Shown in pieces: positions 51,955 to 57,529 of a DNA stretch of 57,529 nt. A program made the translations under genes and the position numbers. Positions within the stretch are counted from its first letter, which is position 1. Every line of letters begins with the position of its first letter. A model generated the notes under the pieces. It worked only from the letters and a program-made list of their open reading frames with translations, was not told the origin of the DNA and did no database searches. This stretch comes from Candidatus Firestoneibacteriota bacterium (GTDB lineage: Bacteria > Oederibacteriota > D2-FULL-39-29 > CAIOVX01): positions 1 through 57,529 of the forward strand of contig CAITPB010000233.1 of the NCBI GenBank assembly GCA_903894145.1, in the 5' to 3' direction.

Positions 51955-53857
51955 TTTTTCTGCCTTTGTATCCCCCGCTTCGTCCGTTTCCTTTGCTCCA
52001 CGTTCTTGACGGGCCATTTCTCTTAAAACCCTTGTCTTTTCCTTTCTCTGATTTTCCCTTGTAGTTTCCGCCGCGCTCAGAGAGCGTTTTTCCCGAGAAA
52101 GCTGAGCCGGAAGTTCTGCTGCCATGCGAGGGTCCTTTGGAATAGGGGCTTTTCGAAGCCGCCCATTTTCTTACAGGCGCCGCTGACGGCCTTTCATAAT
52201 TCTCGCTTCCACGCCCGGTTTTTTCAGAAGGTCTTGCCGAAGAGAGATATTTTCTGTCTCTCTGGGAGTTTCCTGAGGCATAGGGCCTCTTTTCAGGCGT
52301 CTTGCCGCTTGAATCGTGACGCGGCGCGGGCCGTCTTTCAGAATCGTACTTCTTTGCTTCTCTATTCGCGCTTGGGCGTTTCTTCTTTGTTTTTTCCGGC
52401 CTGGGAGCAAAAGTTTTCTTCACTTTGACTGCCGCCGGTTCAGTATTACCGGCACCCGCCTGCGCCGGCCTTATGGTAATAACCGGTTCAACAGCGGGCA
52501 ATTCAGGCGCCGGTTTCTGCGCTTTGAAGTTTTCATCCTGGACCAGTTTTACAATGATTTCAACGTGGAAAGTATTCGGAAACATGTCAAGGGGCTGAAT
52601 AAAAACAGGTTTATATCCCTCTTCTTTCAGGACTTGCAAGTCCCTTGCAAGCGTCATGACGTCGCACGAAACATAGATTATTTCTTTGGCTCCGAGTTTC
52701 TTGATATTCAGGAGTACGCTCTTTTCACAGCCTTTCCTGGGAGGGTCAAGCACAACGGTTTTTGGACTGTAGCCCGTGGTCAGTGAATTCGTTGTTATGT
52801 CTTCTACCCTGCCGTTCAGAAATTCGCAGTTTTCAATCTTGTTAAGTTCAGCATTTGCTTTTGCGTCGGCTATGGCCGGTTTAACTTCGTCAATACCGAT
52901 GACTTTTCTGAATTTTTTCGCGATGAGCAGCGATATTGTTCCTGCCCCGCAATAAAGGTCGCAGGCTTCGGCAGTCAAATCTTCAGTAACCAAACTGCTG
53001 ATTAGGTCGTACAATTTGCGCATCTGGGTGGTGTTGGTCTGAAAAAACGAGATCGGAGAAATCCTGTATTTGATATCAGGCCATTCCTCGGTAAGCGAAC
53101 CGTCCCCGAACATCATAATAGTCTGGCTTCCCATAATAATATTTGTTTCCGTGTTGTTTAGATTAAACAGCACGGAAATATCTTTGAATTCTTCGCGGAG
53201 CAGGTTGGCAAGCTTGGTAGCCTCATCGAGACTGCCGTCGCGGAGAACCAGCACAATCGCCGCATCATCTTTTGTTTCGCTCCCCCTTACAACAATATGC
53301 CTGAGGTTTGTTATCGGGTAACTGTTCTTAACCAGATATCTCTTTACGAAGCCGTAGATGTCGTTCAGCTTGCGCAGTATAAGAGGGCAATTCTCGATAT
53401 CCACCACGTAGTGGCTCTTTAAGGCGAAAAGGCCGGCCTTCTTCCCGGGAACATCCACCGGGAACTGGCTCTTGTTGCGGTAATAATAATGTTCATCGGC
53501 GGAGAGTGTTTTTTCTATAGGAACTTCCTGAAAGGCTCTTAGCGCGTTCCGAACAATTCTTTCCTTGTACTCAAGCTGTTTGGGGTATTTTATATGCTGC
53601 CAATGACAGCCGCCGCACTCGCCGAAGACCGGGCAGGGAGTGTCAATTCTGTCCTGCGAGGGTTTAATGACTTTTTCTATCTTTCCGCGCGCGAAATTCT
53701 TTCGAACCTCAGTCACCAAAACTTCGAGCTCATCGCCGGGCGCGGAATAAGGCACAAAAACTATGAAGTTTTCGTATCTGCCTATCCCGTCCGGAGAAAA
53801 CGCAAGTTCGTCTATCTTGAGTATTATTCTCTGACCTACACGTACCGGCTGGTTCAT
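51941..53857 (-). CDS. rlmD: RumA/RlmD-type 23S rRNA (uracil-C5)-methyltransferase with a 199-aa basic low-complexity C-terminal extension
   Basis: TRAM N-terminus, Fe-S Cys cluster CPVFGECGGCHWQH, SAM and catalytic motifs VLDPPRKGC and YVSCDVMTLARD. From 52540 down to 51944 the sequence is a K/R/S/G/P-rich tail. Confidence 0.88.
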   Translation of the reverse strand: MNQPVRVGQRIILKIDELAFSPDGIGRYENFIVFVPYSAPGDELEVLVTEVRKNFARGKIEKVIKPSQDRIDTPCPVFGECGGCHWQHIKYPKQLEYKERIVRNALRAFQEVPIEKTLSADEHYYYRNKSQFPVDVPGKKAGLFALKSHYVVDIENCPLILRKLNDIYGFVKRYLVKNSYPITNLRHIVVRGSETKDDAAIVLVLRDGSLDEATKLANLLREEFKDISVLFNLNNTETNIIMGSQTIMMFGDGSLTEEWPDIKYRISPISFFQTNTTQMRKLYDLISSLVTEDLTAEACDLYCGAGTISLLIAKKFRKVIGIDEVKPAIADAKANAELNKIENCEFLNGRVEDITTNSLTTGYSPKTVVLDPPRKGCEKSVLLNIKKLGAKEIIYVSCDVMTLARDLQVLKEEGYKPVFIQPLDMFPNTFHVEIIVKLVQDENFKAQKPAPELPAVEPVITIRPAQAGAGNTEPAAVKVKKTFAPRPEKTKKKRPSANREAKKYDSERRPAPRHDSSGKTPEKRPYASGNSQRDRKYLSSARPSEKTGRGSENYERPSAAPVRKWAASKSPYSKGPSHGSRTSGSAFSGKTLSERGGNYKGKSEKGKDKGFKRNGPSRTWSKGNGRSGGYKGRKNDKR

Positions 53858-55308
53858 TTGGATAGTTTCTCCTTTAGAATCTTGTTTACTACAGCCGGGT
53901 TTGCCTTGCCTCCGGTCGCCTTCATTACCTGTCCTACAAGGCTGCCAAGCGCTCTCTCGTTGCCGCTCTTGAAATCCTGGACCGCTTTAATGTTCTCGGC
54001 CAGGACCTTGTCCACCACCGTAACTATTGCCCCTTCATCTGATATCTGGACAAGGCCTTTTTTCTTGACTATTCCCTCGGGGTCATTTCCTGACGCGAAC
54101 ATTTCCGCAAAAACGGTTTTTGCCATTTTACCGCTGATGGTGCCGCCGTCTACCAGTTTAACCAGCCTGACCAGATTTTCCGGCGAGACCGGAGAATCCT
54201 TTATCTCCAGCTTTTTCTCGTTAAGCAGTCCGCCGAGATCCGTCATAACCAGGTTGCTGATTGCTTTAGGTTTGTTGAGAATCTTAACGCAGTTTTCAAA
54301 ATAGTCCGCCGTGTCTTTTGCAGCCGTAAGCACTCCTGCATCGTATTCCGGAAGGCCGTACTCGGTAATAAACCTGGCGCAGCGCGCCGAAGGGAGTTCA
54401 ACAAGTTGTTTTTTGATGGCGGCGATCATAGAGTCCGTGAATTCAAAAGCGACCAGGTCTGGTTCAGGGAAGTACCTGTAATCGTGGGCCTCTTCTTTCG
54501 AGCGCATAGGAACGGTCTCTCCAAGATCGGCGTTGAACAGGCGCGTCTCCTGCCGCAGCTTTTCTCCGTTGTCCAGCGCAATTGTCTGTCTCGCGACCTC
54601 GAATTCCAGCGCTTTCTGGACATTCTTAAATGAGTTGAGATTCTTGATTTCTATCTTCTCTCCGAACTTGTCCGCGCCCTTTTCCATGAGCGAGACATTT
54701 GCATCACACCGCAGAGTCCCTTTTTCCATGTCGCAGTCTGAAGCGCCTATGTACTGGATAAGACTCTTGAGCGTAGTTAAGTACTCATAAGCTTCAAGCG
54801 GAGAGCGCATATCAGGCTCTGATACTATTTCAAGCAGCGGTATGCCTGTACGGTTTAGATCCACCAAAGATTCTTCGGCGGCTCCTATCTGGCCTCCCGC
54901 GCCGACATGGACGAGTTTCCCTGCGTCTTCTTCCAGGTGAGCCCTGGTCACGCCTATGACTTTCTTTGCGCCGGAAACTGTTATTTCAAGCCGCCCGCTC
55001 TTCGAGAAAGGTTTATCAAACTGGGAAGTCTGGTAGTTTTTTGGAAGATCCGGATAGAAATAGTTTTTCCTGTCAAATTTGCTGTATTTTTGTATCTCAC
55101 AGTTCAAAGCCAGCGCCGTAAGAACTGTAAGTTCCACGGCTCTTTTGTTTGCGACCGGAAGCACTCCCGGCAGGCCGAGACAGACCGGACAGGTATGCGT
55201 ATTTTGCTCCGCCCCAAATGCCGTGGAGCAGCCGCAGAACAGTTTAGACTCCGTTTTTAATTGAACATGCACTTCTAATCCTATTACAGTGGTATATCCC
55301 CTTGACAT
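53854..55308 (-). CDS. gatB: Asp-tRNA(Asn)/Glu-tRNA(Gln) amidotransferase subunit B
   Basis: 484 aa with VIGLEVHVQL and a C-terminal GatB/YqeY domain. Confidence 0.96.
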   Translation of the reverse strand: MSRGYTTVIGLEVHVQLKTESKLFCGCSTAFGAEQNTHTCPVCLGLPGVLPVANKRAVELTVLTALALNCEIQKYSKFDRKNYFYPDLPKNYQTSQFDKPFSKSGRLEITVSGAKKVIGVTRAHLEEDAGKLVHVGAGGQIGAAEESLVDLNRTGIPLLEIVSEPDMRSPLEAYEYLTTLKSLIQYIGASDCDMEKGTLRCDANVSLMEKGADKFGEKIEIKNLNSFKNVQKALEFEVARQTIALDNGEKLRQETRLFNADLGETVPMRSKEEAHDYRYFPEPDLVAFEFTDSMIAAIKKQLVELPSARCARFITEYGLPEYDAGVLTAAKDTADYFENCVKILNKPKAISNLVMTDLGGLLNEKKLEIKDSPVSPENLVRLVKLVDGGTISGKMAKTVFAEMFASGNDPEGIVKKKGLVQISDEGAIVTVVDKVLAENIKAVQDFKSGNERALGSLVGQVMKATGGKANPAVVNKILKEKLSK

Positions 55309-55310
55309 GT

Positions 55311-56774
55311 TTACCCCTTTTCCTCGAGCTTTGTTATTTCTAAGCTTATCTTATCAAAGTACTGCAAAATGTCCAACATTAGATTGTATCTGCCGGCTTC
55401 GTCCAGCACTCCGTCATTCAACTTTATATGGGCGGCATCAGCGGGAGCTTCGTCAAAAGTAGGGTCCAGCGCCACCCACTTGCCGACATAGGCCTCAACC
55501 CACATATGATAATAGAATTTAGAACCAAGCGGGAAAAGCCCGGCGCTGGCTCTGGCGGGGATACCAGCGGCTCTAAGCATTGCTATGGCAAGAACTGAGT
55601 GTGTTTTACAGTCGCCCTGCCTGCCGGAAAGCGCTTCCACGGCAGAATCAAACCCCGTGTTAAAATTTTTCTTATTCAGATAATTGTTAACCCAGTGAAT
55701 TATTCTTTTTGCTGCCCGGTAAGAGTTTTTCTCGTCTCCCGCCGCCTTGACTGAAGCGGCTATTACCCTGCTGTCAGCCGACTGTTCATAGGTGCTGGGA
55801 ATAAGATAGTGTGTCAGTCCTTTTGTCCTTACCGGCAGCTGCAGCGCTTCATCTTCTTTGAACCGGTCAATCTTGTTAAAAAAAAGAAGGCTCCGTCCGT
55901 CATCCGAGAGTTTCGCTCCGTCAGGGATGTTCTTTTTTAACCGTTCCGGAATAGCGTCTCTGAAAGTCATCCTTGCTTCCATTAGAGTTACCGCGGAATT
56001 GTTCTTAATATTAGCGTTGGAGGATACGCAGGTTTCTTTCATTATGTCTATTTCCGAAGGTTTAAATGCAAGCGCGTCTTTTTCATCGGTCTTTATCATC
56101 TCGGCTCCGAGAGCCGGCACGGTTGAACGGACAGTATTGCCGTACTTGTCCAGGTAATGCAGCGTATCAACGCCGAGAATCTCTGTATGAAGCAAAAAAC
56201 CGCCTTTGTTTTCCTTGTCGGAATAAACCGCGCACTTAAGGTTTTCAAAAGTAAGTGAATCCGGATTAAAGACCCTTACCGAAAAAGTTTCTCCGTCTTT
56301 TAGACCCCTGCGCTTCGCTAAGAAATCTCCCGCGTCGGCAAAAATCGCATTCTTTTCATAGGCAATCTCTTTGCGCGTTTCCTGCCCTGCGATATTTATG
56401 GTCAGCGACAATGTTTCATTTACCAGCGTTCCCTCTATAGTTTTTTCTTTGGCCGCCTGGCGTTCGGTCAATTTGAAGTAAAGCGGCACAAATTCTTTTG
56501 TCATGAAGGCCGTTCCTTCGGCGTCCATCTGAACAGGCGAGCCCATTCTTAAAAGGCCAAACTTCATGTAATTGGTGAATTTCAGGCAGGCTTTGCCTCT
56601 GTATTCGGAAGGTTCATAAGCCGCGAAAGAATAACCTACTTTAGAGCTTTTTAGATTAATATTGAACCATTCTTTGCTGGATTCAAAGCAGGGTTCAGCG
56701 GAGCTTACCGCCTGTTTCGCGGAAATGCCAATAAGGAGTACTGCCGCGGCTATAAAAAGAATTAACCTTTTCAT
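55311..56774 (-). CDS. Secreted transglutaminase-like (papain-fold) protein
   Basis: Signal peptide. C-terminal core GDCKTHSVLAIAMLRAAGIPAR...YHMWVEAY...ALDPT (Cys-His-Asp). Confidence 0.8.
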   Translation of the reverse strand: MKRLILFIAAAVLLIGISAKQAVSSAEPCFESSKEWFNINLKSSKVGYSFAAYEPSEYRGKACLKFTNYMKFGLLRMGSPVQMDAEGTAFMTKEFVPLYFKLTERQAAKEKTIEGTLVNETLSLTINIAGQETRKEIAYEKNAIFADAGDFLAKRRGLKDGETFSVRVFNPDSLTFENLKCAVYSDKENKGGFLLHTEILGVDTLHYLDKYGNTVRSTVPALGAEMIKTDEKDALAFKPSEIDIMKETCVSSNANIKNNSAVTLMEARMTFRDAIPERLKKNIPDGAKLSDDGRSLLFFNKIDRFKEDEALQLPVRTKGLTHYLIPSTYEQSADSRVIAASVKAAGDEKNSYRAAKRIIHWVNNYLNKKNFNTGFDSAVEALSGRQGDCKTHSVLAIAMLRAAGIPARASAGLFPLGSKFYYHMWVEAYVGKWVALDPTFDEAPADAAHIKLNDGVLDEAGRYNLMLDILQYFDKISLEITKLEEKG

Positions 56775-56793
56775 TCATTAGCCTCAATGACAA

Positions 56794-56864
56794 CAATTGC
56801 TGATTTCTTATTGCTGATTGCTGATTTCCTTAATCAGTAATTAGTAATTAGCAATCAGCAATTG
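56794..56864. repeat. Heptanucleotide repeat family, copy 3: two 33-nt arrays in inverted orientation (long imperfect hairpin)
   Basis: The left arm at 56794-56826 consists of ATTGCTG-type units, the loop is TCCTT, and the right arm at 56832-56864 reads AAT CAGTAAT TAGTAAT TAGCAAT CAGCAAT TG. The outer 12 bp CAATTGCTGATT/AATCAGCAATTG pair perfectly. Confidence 0.85.
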
Positions 56865-56871
56865 TCTTTAA

Positions 56872-56947
<76 letters not shown>

Positions 56948-56957
56948 ATAGGTATCT

Positions 56958-56986
56958 ATTTTAGCAAAAACAGCAGGTTTTAGCAA
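56958..56986 (-). promoter_or_regulatory. Promoter for tRNA-Thr: TTGCTA-17 nt-TAAAAT with the TGC extended -10
   Basis: The minus strand reads TTGCTAaaacctgctgtttttgcTAAAATagatacctat, then the tRNA 5' end. Confidence 0.7.
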
Positions 56987-57003
56987 TTCCAATTTGATTT
57001 TTC

Positions 57004-57529
57004 CTATTTCTCGACCGGCAGGATGATACCCTGCATTATAATCCTTTGGGCAAAAACAAATACCAGAAGCACAGGCAGCGCCGCGAATGCCAGAGCCGCC
57101 ATTACAAGATGCTGGCCGTTCGCGCCGCTCGACTGCTGAAATTGATAAAGAGAGACCATAATAGTCCACATCTTCGGGTCCTGGCAAATAATGAAAGCCC
57201 ACATGAAGCCTCCGTAAGTTCCGACAAAAGTCCAGAGAGCTATGACGGCAAAAACAGGTTTGCTTAGAGGAAGCGTGATGTGCCAGAACATTTGAGCTTC
57301 GCTCGCTCCGTCAAGATCCGCGGATTCATAAAGGTCCTTTGGCAAGCTGTCAAAGAAACCCTTTAGAATGAATATGTTATAACCGCTGGCCATGCCGGGA
57401 AGAATTAGCGCCCAGAAAGTATTAAGGAACCCCAGCTGTTTTAGAAGAAGAAACCCTGGGATCATTCCCACTTCCGCGGGAAAAGCCATAGTGGCCAGAA
57501 GAAACAACAGTATTCTGTAGGCGTACGGC
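57004..57529 (-). CDS. Carbohydrate ABC transporter permease (MalG-like); 5' end lies beyond the window
   Basis: EAA-loop region YESADLDGASEAQMFWHITLPLSKP. The frame stays open to position 57529 (..PYAYRILLFLLATMAFP..), so the track's TTG start is not the real start. Confidence 0.85.
   Translation of the reverse strand, partial: PYAYRILLFLLATMAFPAEVGMIPGFLLLKQLGFLNTFWALILPGMASGYNIFILKGFFDSLPKDLYESADLDGASEAQMFWHITLPLSKPVFAVIALWTFVGTYGGFMWAFIICQDPKMWTIMVSLYQFQQSSGANGQHLVMAALAFAALPVLLVFVFAQRIIMQGIILPVEK

Overview
This is a densely packed core-genome window with 52 of 54 genes on the minus strand. Short spacers and many 1-4 nt stop/start overlaps point to long polycistronic units. LolA, a LolB-like lipoprotein and a TPR lipoprotein suggest a diderm bacterium; I cannot assign the lineage from sequence alone.

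Gene content in minus-strand transcription order (high to low coordinates):
- sugar ABC permease (partial), then tRNA-Thr(CGU)
- transglutaminase-like protein, gatB, a RumA-type methyltransferase with a long basic tail, suhB, a PilZ protein, a GH4 glycosidase, htrA
- ftsK, lolA, rodZ, yajQ, a DnaJ-family protein
- fhs
- cupin, ferredoxin, Glu-type dehydrogenase, class-III aminotransferase, AEC permease
- a YprA/MrfA-type helicase fused to a YprB/MrfB-like exonuclease, an MFS transporter, cinA
- HU
- TPR lipoprotein, lolB-like gene, ispE, spoVG
- rho, rpmE, prfA, prmC, murA
- a fused his-trp block (hisDBHAFI-trpEGDC), a TIM-barrel isomerase, a membrane thermonuclease plus OB-fold pair, then trpFBA
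- a polytopic membrane protein, dnaE, and a GNAT acetyltransferase (partial)
- Only a TPR-PBP transpeptidase and a GT87/DUF2029-like membrane glycosyltransferase are on the plus strand.

No CRISPR array, IS/transposase, integrase, prophage or obvious defence island is visible.

The most unusual signals are non-coding or architectural:
1. A dispersed heptanucleotide tandem-repeat element, (YAGYAAT)n, occurs three times in intercistronic spacers, twice ending directly at a Shine-Dalgarno (SD) sequence and once in front of a weaker GAGG.
2. A 75-nt four-way-junction (cloverleaf) element built from three hairpins with the same CCGCC/GGCGG stem lies between prmC and murA.
3. A promoter geometry of TGnTAWAAT or a -35/-10 pair, followed 5-8 nt later by ATG with no SD, recurs at six genes and implies leaderless mRNAs.
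4. Gene-architecture oddities include the MrfA-MrfB fusion, the TPR-PBP fusion, the RumA basic tail, non-trp genes embedded in the trp operon, and the his-trp fusion without any leader.

All functional calls come from reading the translated ORFs and recognising motifs; no database search was possible.
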